NCBI GenBank assembly: GCA_965209055.1
Contig: OZ242374.1
Location: forward strand, 608,001 to 672,000
Direction: 5' to 3'
DNA from: Acidobacteriota bacterium
GTDB lineage: Bacteria > Acidobacteriota > UBA6911 > RPQK01 > JAJDTT01
Length of the DNA: 64,000 nucleotides
Made by a program: the position numbers and the translations under genes
Part shown: piece after piece, positions 41,294 to 51,507 of the stretch
Position numbering within the stretch: position 1 is the first letter of the stretch
Layout: the number at the start of each line of letters is the position of its first letter
The notes under the pieces: model-generated
What the model was told of the DNA's origin: nothing
What the model saw: only the letters and a program-made list of their open reading frames with translations
Databases searched by the model: none

Positions 41294-42319
41294 ATGCACG
41301 AACAGGACCGCACAACGGAGGTTTCCACCGCCGAGTTGATCGATTCCATGCGCGACTCGCAGACCCGCATTCTGACGGAGCTGCGCAAGGCCATCGTGGG
41401 ACAGGACCAGGTGATCGAGGAGGTGCTCATCTCCCTCTACGTGGGAGGGCATTCCCTCATCACCGGCCTGCCCGGCCTGGCCAAGACGCTGCTGGTGCGC
41501 AGCATCGCCAAGACCCTGGGCCTCTCCTTCAGCCGCATCCAGTTCACGCCCGATCTCATGCCTTCGGACATCACCGGAACCGAGATCATCGAGGAGGACC
41601 GCGCCACCGGGAAGCGGGTGCTGCAGTTCGTGCCGGGGCCGGTCTTCACCAACATCCTCCTGGCCGACGAGATCAACCGGACGCCTCCCAAGACCCAGGC
41701 GGCCCTCTTGGAAGCCATGCAGGAACGGCGGGTCACGATCCGGGGCATCACGCACGAACTGGACCTTCCGTTTTTCGTGCTGGCGACCCAGAATCCCATC
41801 GAGCTGGAGGGGACCTATCCGCTTCCGGAGGCCCAGTTGGACCGCTTCATGTTCAACATCCACATCGGCTATCTGAACGAGGAAGAGGAGATCCAGGTGG
41901 TTCTCCAGACCACCGGGGAGGGCGGGGAGGAGGTTCGGCAGGCCGTCACGGGGGAAGAGATCCTTCGCTTCCAGCGGCTGGTGCGCAAGGTGCCGGCTTC
42001 GGAATCGGTCAGCCGCTACGCGGTCCAACTGGTCCGCAGCACCCGTCCGGGGGACGAACTGGCGCCCGGCTTCGTTCGAGACTGGGTCAGCTACGGCGCC
42101 AGCCTCAGGGCTTCCCAGTACCTGATCCTGGGAGGGAGGGCGCGGGCCCTGATGAAGGGCCGCTACCATGTCTCCTACGAGGACGTCCGGGAGCTGGCCC
42201 TCTCGGTCTTCCGCCACCGGATCCTGATCAACTTCCACGCCGAGTCGGAGAACGTGACCCCCGACCAGATCGTCCAGCGCCTTCTGGAGGCGGTTCCTCC
42301 TCCCGCCTCGGGACTGTGA
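41294..42319 (+). CDS. moxR: MoxR family AAA+ ATPase
   Basis: GLPGLAKT, RIQFTPDLMPSDITG, LADEINRTPPKTQAALLEAMQE, ATQNPIE.EGTYPLPEAQLDRF. Confidence 0.96.
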   Translation: MHEQDRTTEVSTAELIDSMRDSQTRILTELRKAIVGQDQVIEEVLISLYVGGHSLITGLPGLAKTLLVRSIAKTLGLSFSRIQFTPDLMPSDITGTEIIEEDRATGKRVLQFVPGPVFTNILLADEINRTPPKTQAALLEAMQERRVTIRGITHELDLPFFVLATQNPIELEGTYPLPEAQLDRFMFNIHIGYLNEEEEIQVVLQTTGEGGEEVRQAVTGEEILRFQRLVRKVPASESVSRYAVQLVRSTRPGDELAPGFVRDWVSYGASLRASQYLILGGRARALMKGRYHVSYEDVRELALSVFRHRILINFHAESENVTPDQIVQRLLEAVPPPASGL

Positions 42320-42346
42320 CCCGCTGGGGAATTCAAGCTGGAAACA

Positions 42347-43234
42347 ATGCAAGCCAGATTCATCGACCCGGCCCTGCTGGCCAAACTCGGCAATCTGCAG
42401 TTGGTGGCCAAAACCGTGGTGGAAGGGTTCATTCTGGGGATGCACCGTTCGCCCTACCACGGGTTCAGCCTCGATTTCGCCGAGTACCGGCAGTATGCGC
42501 CGGGAGACGACATCCGGACCGTGGACTGGAAGGTCTACGGCAGGACCGACCGCTTCTACGTCAAGAAGTACGAAGGCGACACCAACACCCAACTGCACAT
42601 CATCCTGGACGGCAGCCGAAGCATGTCATTCGCCGGCAACGGCCTGTCCAAGCTGGACTACGGACGCTTCCTGGCGGCTTCCCTGGCCTACCTGTCCGTC
42701 CGCCAGAACGACGCCACCGGGTTGGCCGTCTTCGATTCGGATGTCCTGGAGGCGGTGCCGCCGCGAGCCCAATACCGGCACTTCCTGTCCATTCTCCACC
42801 TCCTGGAGCGGCTCCAGCCGGGCGGACGAAGCCAGATCACCGAATCGCTGGGCCAGGTTTCCCGCTTCATCCGCAAGCGGAGCATGGTGGTGATCATCAG
42901 CGACTTCTACCAGGACGCCTCCTCCCTTTCCCGGGCGCTCCACTACCTGCACCACCGGGGGAACGACGTGGTCCTGTTCCACGTTCTGGACCCGGTCGAG
43001 CTGGAACTCCCGCTGGAGGCCGTGAGAACCCTGGAGGACCTGGAGACGGGCGAGCACCTTCCCTATGTTCCCGGAGACTCCCGGCAGGCCTATCTGGACC
43101 TGCTGGAAAACCACATCCAAGAACTCAGGAAAGAGTGCCGCGACATCTTCATCGACTACCAGTTGCTGAACACCCGGGAGCCGCTGGACCGGGCGCTCCG
43201 CTCCTACCTGGTGGCCCGCCGGAGGAGATACTGA
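42347..43234 (+). CDS. DUF58 family vWA-like protein
   Basis: G.HRSP..G.S.DFAEYRQY.PGDD.R.VDWKVYGR, LDGSRSM, IISDF. Confidence 0.92.
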   Translation: MQARFIDPALLAKLGNLQLVAKTVVEGFILGMHRSPYHGFSLDFAEYRQYAPGDDIRTVDWKVYGRTDRFYVKKYEGDTNTQLHIILDGSRSMSFAGNGLSKLDYGRFLAASLAYLSVRQNDATGLAVFDSDVLEAVPPRAQYRHFLSILHLLERLQPGGRSQITESLGQVSRFIRKRSMVVIISDFYQDASSLSRALHYLHHRGNDVVLFHVLDPVELELPLEAVRTLEDLETGEHLPYVPGDSRQAYLDLLENHIQELRKECRDIFIDYQLLNTREPLDRALRSYLVARRRRY

Positions 43235-43241
43235 TGGGCGC

Positions 43242-43270
43242 AGGAGGGGGGACTTTCCTGTCCCCCTCTT
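43242..43270. repeat. REP-like palindrome inside the MoxR operon
   Basis: aggaggggggactttcctgtccccctctt; same family as 33911, 58039 and 60482. Confidence 0.65.
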
Positions 43271-43325
43271 CATCTCTTCATCTTCGACCCCCCACCGGCA
43301 CCAAAGCTTCAGACCCCGTAGAACC

Positions 43326-45353
43326 ATGCAATTCCTGACCCCCCTCTTCTTCCTCGGCGCCCTGGCGTTAGCCGGCCCCATCCTGCTTCACCTGGTTCGC
43401 CGGGACCAGAGAAACCGCATGCTCTTCCCCTCCCTCATGTTCCTGCGCCGGGTTCCCATCCAGGAGTACCGGCGCCGCAAGCTCCGCTACCTCCTGCTCC
43501 TCTTTCTGCGCTGCCTGGGCCTGCTCCTGCTGGTGGCGGCCTTCGCCTCGCCCGTGACCCATCTGGCCTGGTTCGGGGCCGTCAGCGGCCAGGTCTCCCG
43601 GTCGCTGGTGGTGCTGTTGGACAACTCCATGAGCATGGCCCGGCCCGGAGTCTGGGACCGGGCCCTGGAGAAGGCCCGCGCCAAGGTCCGGTCGATGCAG
43701 GGAACGGACCAGGCCTGCCTGATCCTGTTCGCCGCCAAGCCGGCCGTCCTCTCGGCATGGGAATCCCGCTCCGCGCGATTGCTCCAGATTCTGGAGAGCC
43801 GGGCGGAGCCCTCTTTCGAGAGCACCTCGTACCTGGAGGGACTGCGGGCCGCCGCCCAACAGTTCGACGAGGAGGTGCCGGGACGCCGGGAGATCTACCT
43901 GATCACCGACCTTCAGCAGACGGCCATGCCCCGGGACGTCCAGTGGTCGCTGGACGGCGGCGTGCGCCTGGAGGTGGAGGACGTGGGGGAGCCGTCCACC
44001 AACGTCTTCATCCAGGAAGCGGACCTGCAGCGGCTCGTGTATTCCGAAGAGTATCCGCAGCCGGTCCGGGTTCAGCTTCGCTCGTCGCCTCCCGGGTCCG
44101 TCCGCGGCGAGCTTCAACTCTTCGTCGAAGGGCGGATGGTGGACCGCCAGTCCTTCGAGATGGACCAGGAGGGGTCGGCGCCTGTCACTCTCCGCCCCTT
44201 CGAGCTCAAGGAGGGCATCTTCCGCGGGCGGCTGGTGCTGGCCGTCGAGGACGCCTTGGAAGCGGACAACGTCTTCCATTTCGTCGTGGAGAGGACCATC
44301 CCCGGACGAATCCGGGTCCTCTCGGATCGGGGGGCCGGCTCCGTCTATCTGAGGAACGCCCTGGGGGCGGGCCGCAACCTGCCCTTCGCGGCGGAGTTCC
44401 CGGACCCGCGCGACACGGCGGAAATGGACCCGGAGCGGGTTCCCCTGGTCATTCTGGACGACCTGAGGACGCCTCCCGGCACCGATCGGCTGAGCCGCTA
44501 CCTGGAGGCGGGAGGAGGCCTCATCGTGGCTCCGGGCAAGCGGGTCGATGGCCGCGCGTACAATCGATCGGAATTTTTCCCCGCCCGGTTGGCCGAACCC
44601 CGGTTCGTCCGGGGCCGCGGACGGTCCTTCACCTCCATCACCCAGGTGGACTGGAGCCATCCCGCCTTCGCCATCTTCCAGGACCTCCAGCGGACGGCCC
44701 TGGCGTCGGTTCGCTTCTACGGACACTGGAGACTTGAGCCGAGGGCGGATTCCCGGGTGCTCGGGCGTTTCGACGAGGGCGATCCGGCGCTGGTGGAGGG
44801 ACAGGCCGGCGCCGGAAGAGTCCTGGTCCTGGCCTATCCCCTGGACCGGATCTGGTCCGATTTTCCGTTGCGTCCGGCGTTCCTGCCCTTCTGGCAGAGC
44901 CTCGTGCATCACATGGGCGGGGTCCGGCAACAGGAAGCGGCCCTGCGAGTCGACCAGTCGCTGGCGCTGCAGGAGGAACCGGGGGCGGCCGAGTCCGGGA
45001 GCGGCGCACGATGGAACGTGCTGGATCCCCGGGGCCGGAGAGTGGTGGATCTGGACCAGCCCGCGCCCGCCGCCATAGATTTGCAGTTGCCGGGACACTA
45101 TGAAATAAGAAAGGACAAGAAGACGGACTGGGTGGCGGTCAACCCCGATCCGAGCGAGTCCGATATCCAGCCTCTTCCCGTGGCCATGCTGCTGGATCGA
45201 TTCCAGGCTGCAACCCTGGCCGCCGGTGAAGGCGTTTCCGAGAACGCCTCCGAAGCGGACGCGAGGGAGCCTCTCTGGTGGCTTTTCCTGCTGACCGCCG
45301 TCGTGGTCCTGGCGGCCGAGTCGGTGGTCGGCGGCCGCACCCGGCCGCGGTGA
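43326..45353 (+). CDS. BatA N-terminal domain + vWA membrane protein
   Basis: MQFLTPLFF...PILLHL...FPSLMFL (BatA), LDNSMSM MIDAS, LITDLQ, C-terminal TM LWWLFLL...AES. Confidence 0.82.
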   Translation: MQFLTPLFFLGALALAGPILLHLVRRDQRNRMLFPSLMFLRRVPIQEYRRRKLRYLLLLFLRCLGLLLLVAAFASPVTHLAWFGAVSGQVSRSLVVLLDNSMSMARPGVWDRALEKARAKVRSMQGTDQACLILFAAKPAVLSAWESRSARLLQILESRAEPSFESTSYLEGLRAAAQQFDEEVPGRREIYLITDLQQTAMPRDVQWSLDGGVRLEVEDVGEPSTNVFIQEADLQRLVYSEEYPQPVRVQLRSSPPGSVRGELQLFVEGRMVDRQSFEMDQEGSAPVTLRPFELKEGIFRGRLVLAVEDALEADNVFHFVVERTIPGRIRVLSDRGAGSVYLRNALGAGRNLPFAAEFPDPRDTAEMDPERVPLVILDDLRTPPGTDRLSRYLEAGGGLIVAPGKRVDGRAYNRSEFFPARLAEPRFVRGRGRSFTSITQVDWSHPAFAIFQDLQRTALASVRFYGHWRLEPRADSRVLGRFDEGDPALVEGQAGAGRVLVLAYPLDRIWSDFPLRPAFLPFWQSLVHHMGGVRQQEAALRVDQSLALQEEPGAAESGSGARWNVLDPRGRRVVDLDQPAPAAIDLQLPGHYEIRKDKKTDWVAVNPDPSESDIQPLPVAMLLDRFQAATLAAGEGVSENASEADAREPLWWLFLLTAVVVLAAESVVGGRTRPR

Positions 45354-45385
45354 AGGTTCCGCTTGGAGCGGACCCGAGTCCAATC

Positions 45386-48300
45386 ATGCTGGAAATCATC
45401 GCAACGGTGAGGCGGAAGCTCCTGGGGGAGCGGTTGCTCAGAGGCCTCGCCGTCGTGCTCCTGGCCACCATCCTGGCTTCCGTCCTCTTCAGCTACGTTC
45501 TGGCCCAGCACAACTTCTCGGAGCCGGCTCTCTTCTGGGCCCGGATGCTGGGGGGAGCGATTCTGATACTGCTGCTGGCAGGCGGCCTCCTGGCCCCGTT
45601 TCTGCGCCGCCGCTATTCCCCCGGGCGCCTGGCCCGTTTACTGGAGGAACGGAATCCGCAACTGGAGCAAGGGCTCTCCACCGTCGTGGAGATCCGGGAG
45701 GGACAGGCGCCGGCCGATCCCGAGTTGAGGCGCCTGCTGGAGAGTGACGTGAGGCGGAAGCTGTTCCGCGTCTCACAGCCCCGCTTCTACGATCCCCGGG
45801 GCAGCCTCCTCTCGCTGTTGACGGGGGCGGTTTCGGTGCTCCTCTTCGGCTACCTCTTCTTCGGAGGGCCCGAAGCCTATCGCTACACTCTGGACCGGCT
45901 ATTCCTGGGCTGGACCGCCGACGGCACGCTCCCCCTCTACTCGATTCGGGTCACGCCCGGCAGCGCCACCGTCGCCAAGCACGCCGACGTGGAGGTCCGC
46001 GCCGTGCTGGCGGGCTTCGAGAGCCAACGGGTCCGTCTTCTCGTCCGGTACGGGGAAGATCCGTCGTGGGAGGAGGTCCGGATGCGGCCCGATCCGGACT
46101 CGGGAGGGTTCGTCTTCCTCTTTTTCGACATCCGCGATCCCATGGACTACTTCGTGGAGGCCGACGGGATCCGGTCCGAGACCTTCTCGCTCGAGGTCTC
46201 CGAGATTCCCCGGGTAAACTCCCTCGAGGTCCGCCTGGTCTATCCGAAGTACACGCATCTCGAACCGGCGGTGCAGAAGGACGAGGGAGACATCGAAGCC
46301 CTGGTGGGCACCACCGCGCATTTTCGCATCGAGAGCGACCAGCCCATCCGGGGAGCGCTCCTGAAGCTGGAGGAGGGCGGCTCCATCGGGCTCGAAGCGG
46401 ACGGCTCCGGCGGATACCGGGGTTCCTTCAAGATCGAACGCAGCGACTACTACCGCATCCACCTCCAGAACCAGGAGGAGGTGTGGAACCCCGGGACCAA
46501 CGAGTACGTGATCCTGGCGGTGGATGACCAGCCCCCCCGGATCGTCTTCAGGCAGCCCGGACGGGACCGGCGGGTGAGCAACATCGAAGAGGTCTTCATG
46601 GAGCTCCAGGCCGGCGACGACCACGGGATCCGGAGCTTGGCGCTCCGCTACTCGGTCAACGGCGACGCGGAACAGGCCGTCGAGCTGACGCCGGTGGCCG
46701 GCGCCGGTTCATTCACCGTCAGCCACACCTTCTTCATGGAGGAGCACGACCTGGTGCCGGGGGATTTCGTCTCCTATCACGCCCGCGCCTCGGACGCCGT
46801 CTCCCATTCGGATACGGACATCTTCTTCCTGGAGGTCCAGCCGTACGACCGGGAGTACTACCAGTCCCAGACCGGCGGGATCGGCCTTCCCGGCGGCGGC
46901 TCCCAGGAGCTGGAGCTGTCCAAGCGCCAGAAGCAGATCATCATCGCCACCTTCAAGCTGCAGAAGGACCGGGCTTCGACGCCGGCGGAGGAGTTCAAGG
47001 AGCAGAGCCAGACCGCGGCTCTGGTGCAGCAGCGCCTCCGGGAGGAGGTCCAGGTGATCGCCGAACGTCTGGAACGCCGCCAGGCGGCCGCGTCCGACGA
47101 GCGCTTCGGCAAGATGAGGGAACGGCTGAGCGAGGCCATGACCCACATGGAGCCGGCCCACGAACGGCTCAACGAGCTGGAGCCGGAGCAGGCCCTGCCC
47201 CATGAGCAGAAGGCGTTCCGCCAGTTGCTCAGCGCCGAGTCCCTGTTCAAGGAGATCCAGGTCTCCTTCGGCGAGTCCCAGGGAGCCGGCGGCGCCACTT
47301 CGGAGGAATTGGCCGATCTTGTGGACCTGGAACTGGACCGGACCAAGAACCAGTACGAGACCATTCGCCAGAACCAGCAGTTCCGCCAGGAACAGCAGTT
47401 GGACGAGGCCCTGGAGAAGCTGAAGGAACTGGCGCGCCGCCAGGAACAGGCAGTGGAACGCTCGCGGCGCATGGCCGGCCGCGGGTCCGGCGCCGACCGG
47501 CTCACCGCCCAGCAGCTCCGGGAGGAGATCGAGCGCCTGACCCGGCAACTGGAACGGCTCTCCCGGCAGGAGGAGCAGCGGGAGCTGTCCAGGATCAGCA
47601 ACCGGCTTCGGGAGGCGGCTCGCGACCTGGGAGAGGGCGGAAACGGCCAGACGGGACAACGGCAGCGGATGCTGGCCGAGCGCGCACTCGAGCGAATGAA
47701 GGAAGCCCAGGAAGCGCTGGAGAAGGCCCGGCAGGAGCAGATCTCGGAAAAAATCCGGCAGTTGTCCCAGGACTCCCGCCGCATGCTGCACCAGCAGGAA
47801 GGGACGCTCGAGGGGATGGACGGAGTTGAGAAACGGCTGAATCAGGGAAAGGTGGACCGGGAAACCATCAACCAGATACGAAGCCTGCTCCGTGAGAAGG
47901 GTGAACTCCAACAGGAACTTTCCCGGGTGGAAGGGGAACTGCACCAGACCGCCAAGCGGACCGCGTCTCAGGAGCCGCAGGCTTCCCGCCAATTGAAGCA
48001 GGCCGGAAACAAAATCCGGGACGACAGAATTTCCGAAAAGATGCAGGAGGGCTCCGAGTTGCTGTCCCGAGGCTGGGTCGATCTGGCCCGCGACCGCGAG
48101 GAAGGGGTGACCAAGGGGTTGCAGGAGCTGGTGGAGAACATCGACGAGGCGACCAAGGCCTTGGGCCAGAAGGGGCCGCCCGGCACCGTGGAGAGCCTGG
48201 AGCGGGCCGGGGAGGAGGTCGCCGACCTGGTGGAGGGCCTTGAATCGTTGCGCCGCCGTCTTTCCCAGTCCGGCGCCAAGGGGACAGAGGGTCCCGAGGG

Positions 48301-48787
48301 AAAAGAGGGTTCCGGCGAAGGCGACGGCGAGTTGTCCGGCCGGGAGGGATCCCAGGGTGAAGGAGATTCCGGGTTCCTGCCCCAGGGCAAACCGGCGGAC
48401 TCCAGGCAGGCCGGTAGCCGCGCCAACCTCTCCGGCATCGACCCGCGCCAATTGCGACGGGAATGGCAGGAGCGGCTTCAGGAAGCCGAGTCCATATCCC
48501 GCCTGCTCCGGGGGGAGCATTCCCTGGGGAGGGATGCGGCGGAGTTGTCCCGGGAGATGCGCGAACTGGCTCTGGAGCGGATCTTTTCCGACCCGGAGGA
48601 GATCGCGAGGCTCAAGTCCAAGATCGTCCACGGCTTCCAACAGTTGGAACTGGAGATCAACCGGGCCCTGGACCGGGAAGAGGAGAACCTCGTATGGCTG
48701 TTCCAGGAAGAAGAGGTTCCGCCAGCCTTCCGTGACCGCGTCGAGGAGTACTACCGGACCCTCTCCAACGAACGCGGCGCCCGCTGA
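45386..48787 (+). CDS. Large membrane-anchored Ig-like/coiled-coil protein (DUF4175-like)
   Basis: Three N-terminal TMs, beta-rich region (DQPP.I, DDHGI), long Q/E/R coiled coil, C-terminal VPPAFRDRVEEYYRTLS. Confidence 0.75.
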   Translation: MLEIIATVRRKLLGERLLRGLAVVLLATILASVLFSYVLAQHNFSEPALFWARMLGGAILILLLAGGLLAPFLRRRYSPGRLARLLEERNPQLEQGLSTVVEIREGQAPADPELRRLLESDVRRKLFRVSQPRFYDPRGSLLSLLTGAVSVLLFGYLFFGGPEAYRYTLDRLFLGWTADGTLPLYSIRVTPGSATVAKHADVEVRAVLAGFESQRVRLLVRYGEDPSWEEVRMRPDPDSGGFVFLFFDIRDPMDYFVEADGIRSETFSLEVSEIPRVNSLEVRLVYPKYTHLEPAVQKDEGDIEALVGTTAHFRIESDQPIRGALLKLEEGGSIGLEADGSGGYRGSFKIERSDYYRIHLQNQEEVWNPGTNEYVILAVDDQPPRIVFRQPGRDRRVSNIEEVFMELQAGDDHGIRSLALRYSVNGDAEQAVELTPVAGAGSFTVSHTFFMEEHDLVPGDFVSYHARASDAVSHSDTDIFFLEVQPYDREYYQSQTGGIGLPGGGSQELELSKRQKQIIIATFKLQKDRASTPAEEFKEQSQTAALVQQRLREEVQVIAERLERRQAAASDERFGKMRERLSEAMTHMEPAHERLNELEPEQALPHEQKAFRQLLSAESLFKEIQVSFGESQGAGGATSEELADLVDLELDRTKNQYETIRQNQQFRQEQQLDEALEKLKELARRQEQAVERSRRMAGRGSGADRLTAQQLREEIERLTRQLERLSRQEEQRELSRISNRLREAARDLGEGGNGQTGQRQRMLAERALERMKEAQEALEKARQEQISEKIRQLSQDSRRMLHQQEGTLEGMDGVEKRLNQGKVDRETINQIRSLLREKGELQQELSRVEGELHQTAKRTASQEPQASRQLKQAGNKIRDDRISEKMQEGSELLSRGWVDLARDREEGVTKGLQELVENIDEATKALGQKGPPGTVESLERAGEEVADLVEGLESLRRRLSQSGAKGTEGPEGKEGSGEGDGELSGREGSQGEGDSGFLPQGKPADSRQAGSRANLSGIDPRQLRREWQERLQEAESISRLLRGEHSLGRDAAELSREMRELALERIFSDPEEIARLKSKIVHGFQQLELEINRALDREEENLVWLFQEEEVPPAFRDRVEEYYRTLSNERGAR

Positions 48788-50076
48788 TGCGCCCGGAGAC
48801 TCCGCTACCCGCTTCCCCGTCCCCACTGAAGATTTCCCGCCGCCGGGCGTTGGCGAATCTGGGTGGAGGAGCCGCTCTCGCCTCGCTCTCGCCGCTGCTC
48901 TCGTGCGCCCCGGGCGGAGGACCGGGGGAATCCGGTTCCGAACGAATCCGGGTGCGGGAGCGGGAGTCGGGCGCACCCGGTCTGGAGCTCATCCTCGGCC
49001 GGTCCAACGAGATCTTCCCGCGTCATTCGGAAGGCGACCTGATCCAAATCCCCGACGGACGCCTGCTGGCCGTCTGGTCCCGTTTCTCGGGAGCCAGCGA
49101 CCATGCCAGATCCCAGATCGTGGGCCGTTACTCGGAGGATCTGGGCCAAAGCTGGGGACCGATTCATCCGGTGGCCTCCCTGAGCGAACCGGAGCACGCC
49201 GCCAACTCGAACCTCATGAGCGCCAGCCTCCTGCGCCTCTCCGGCTCCGAAGAGATCCACCTGTTTTACATGGGCAAGGAGGAGACGGAGCCGGAGAACG
49301 AGGCCTTCCACCGGAAGATCCGCAGCAGCATTCACACCCGGGTGTCCCAGGACGGCGTCAACTTCTCGAAGCCCGTGCGGCTCTCGGACCGGGACCACTA
49401 CTACGTGACCAACAACGCCCGGGTCCTGCAGCTCTCCAGCGGCCGGATCCTGGTCCCCTCGGCCGTCGCCCTGGACCCGGGGAAGGAACTGGGCTGGGAG
49501 AAGCAGTCGGCCCTGGCGCACTACTCGGACGACGGCGGGAAGACCTGGACCCGCGGAGAGTCCTGCACCTTGCGCCGCGAGGACTACCCCGGCCATGAGT
49601 ACTGGCAGATCACGCTTCAGGAACCGGGACTGGTGGAGCTGACCGACGGCCGGATCCTGATGGTGAACCGGACCAAGCTCAACCATCCCTACAAGTGTTT
49701 CTCGAGCGATGCGGGAGTGACCTGGAGCGACCCGGAGCCGATCCAGGAGATCGTCGCTCCCACCTCGCCCCAGACCCTGTTCCGGCTGCCCTCAGGGCGC
49801 CTGGCGATGATCTACAACAACAATCCCAAGGGAGCCGAGGCGAAATGGACCGAACGCCGGCCCCTGGCCTTCGCCGTCAGCGAGGACGAGGGGAACAGCT
49901 TCCGGTACGCCAAGACCATCGAGGAGGTGGAGGGACGCTGCTGGGCCTACCACTCGGTGCGAATCTATGGCGAAAACGCCTACCTCCTCTACTACGAGTG
50001 GTATCAGGGGCACCCCACCTTCTTCTTCTGCGACAAGAAGCTGTCCATCATCCCGGTGGAGTGGTTCGAGAGCTGA
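48787..50076 (+). CDS. Tat-exported BNR/Asp-box sialidase-like lipoprotein
   Basis: SRRRAL...LLSC signal; Asp-boxes SEDLGQSW, SQDGVNF, SDDGGKTW, SSDAGVTW, SEDEGNSF. Confidence 0.8.
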   Translation: MRPETPLPASPSPLKISRRRALANLGGGAALASLSPLLSCAPGGGPGESGSERIRVRERESGAPGLELILGRSNEIFPRHSEGDLIQIPDGRLLAVWSRFSGASDHARSQIVGRYSEDLGQSWGPIHPVASLSEPEHAANSNLMSASLLRLSGSEEIHLFYMGKEETEPENEAFHRKIRSSIHTRVSQDGVNFSKPVRLSDRDHYYVTNNARVLQLSSGRILVPSAVALDPGKELGWEKQSALAHYSDDGGKTWTRGESCTLRREDYPGHEYWQITLQEPGLVELTDGRILMVNRTKLNHPYKCFSSDAGVTWSDPEPIQEIVAPTSPQTLFRLPSGRLAMIYNNNPKGAEAKWTERRPLAFAVSEDEGNSFRYAKTIEEVEGRCWAYHSVRIYGENAYLLYYEWYQGHPTFFFCDKKLSIIPVEWFES

Positions 50077-50107
50077 TTCCTTCGCAACGCGAATGGGGAT
50101 CCGGCGG

Positions 50108-51361
50108 TCAGGAAACCGCCGCTCCAGAGTCGCCGCGGAGAAGGTACGTCCGGACCAGATCGAGGGCATAGAGGCTCGTGCGGGTCCGGTCCGGCCGGCC
50201 GCGGCCGGCCATGCCGAAACTGCGGGTTTGCATGGTCCGCCCGTCGGTGACGCAGAAAAAGGATTGGCCTTTCGCCAGGTTCCGGCTCCGATCCTCCGGG
50301 TCCGGAATCCCGTGCACGGCCAATCCCAGGTCGGCATGGCAGACCGTCCGGAGGGCCCGCGCCAGTTCCCGGGTCCGGAGCTTCGGGTCCGACATCGGCG
50401 CGTCGGATCCCGCCGCCTCCAGGACCCGACGGGCGGAATCGGGATCGCCGGCGATGACCCCTTCGACAAAGCGATCCGGATCGGCCAGTTGCAACCGCTC
50501 CGCCACCATCCCGCCGGTAATGTCCTCGTAGACGGCGATCCTCAGATCGGCCCGCCGCAACAGCTCCCCCACCGAATCCTCCATGGATTCCTCGTCGGCG
50601 CCGAAAACATGGTGTCCCAACAGGCCACGGACCTCCTCCTCCACTGGAGCGATCAACCGCGCGGCCGCTTCCCGGTCGCGGGCTTTGGCGGCGATTCTCA
50701 CATCCACCTGGCCGGGATGAGCCAGAACTCCCACGGTGGGGTTGGTGGATTCGGTGATCAGGTGACCGATCAGGTGATCCACGTGGCTCTCCCCCATGGC
50801 GGAGACCTTGAGGATGCGATAGACGATGATGTGGTCCAGGCGAAAGCGTCTCCTGAGACGGGGAATCACCTCATGGTCGAAGAGCCACTTGAGTTCGTGC
50901 GGCACTCCCGGAAGAGCGATGACGACGCCTCGCGGGTCCTCCACGAGGAAAGCGGGGGCGGTGCCGTTGGGGTTGCGGATCGGCACGGCCCCCTGCGGGA
51001 TGTCGGCCTGACGCTCGTTGTTGGCCGTCAGGACAAAACCCCGGTTGCGGAACCGGGTGTAGATCTCCTGAAGCAGATCCGGGTCCCGGACCAGCGTCCG
51101 TCCCGTCACCCGGGCGATCGCTTCCCGGGTCAGGTCGTCCCGGGTGGGACCCAGTCCTCCGCCGGTGATCACGATGTCGGAACGATCCAGGGCCCGGCCG
51201 ATGACCTCCTCCATCCGGCCCGGGTTGTCCCCCACCACGGTCTTGTAGAAGAGATCGACGCCCAGCCCGGTCAAACGATCGGCCATCCAGGCCGAGTTGG
51301 TATCGACGATCTGCCCCAGGAGCAGCTCGGAACCGATGGCGACGATCTCTGCGTTGGGCAT
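50108..51361 (-). CDS. cinA: CinA family protein (MocF-like N-domain plus degenerate PncC domain)
   Basis: AEIVAIGSELLLGQIVDTNS, GGLGPTRDD, NPNGTAP, LPGVPHE. Confidence 0.88.
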   Translation of the reverse strand: MPNAEIVAIGSELLLGQIVDTNSAWMADRLTGLGVDLFYKTVVGDNPGRMEEVIGRALDRSDIVITGGGLGPTRDDLTREAIARVTGRTLVRDPDLLQEIYTRFRNRGFVLTANNERQADIPQGAVPIRNPNGTAPAFLVEDPRGVVIALPGVPHELKWLFDHEVIPRLRRRFRLDHIIVYRILKVSAMGESHVDHLIGHLITESTNPTVGVLAHPGQVDVRIAAKARDREAAARLIAPVEEEVRGLLGHHVFGADEESMEDSVGELLRRADLRIAVYEDITGGMVAERLQLADPDRFVEGVIAGDPDSARRVLEAAGSDAPMSDPKLRTRELARALRTVCHADLGLAVHGIPDPEDRSRNLAKGQSFFCVTDGRTMQTRSFGMAGRGRPDRTRTSLYALDLVRTYLLRGDSGAAVS

Positions 51362-51507
51362 GGGATCTCCTTCGGCGGCATCTTCCGGTATCCGGTGGCC
51401 ACTGTCCAGGATTGAATCCCGGGACCCGACGTAGAGTCCCGGTTGCAAAAGCAATACTGTCGATGCTGCCTTGTGTCAGCGGTGCTTTATTTTGTGGAGT
51501 TCTGACA

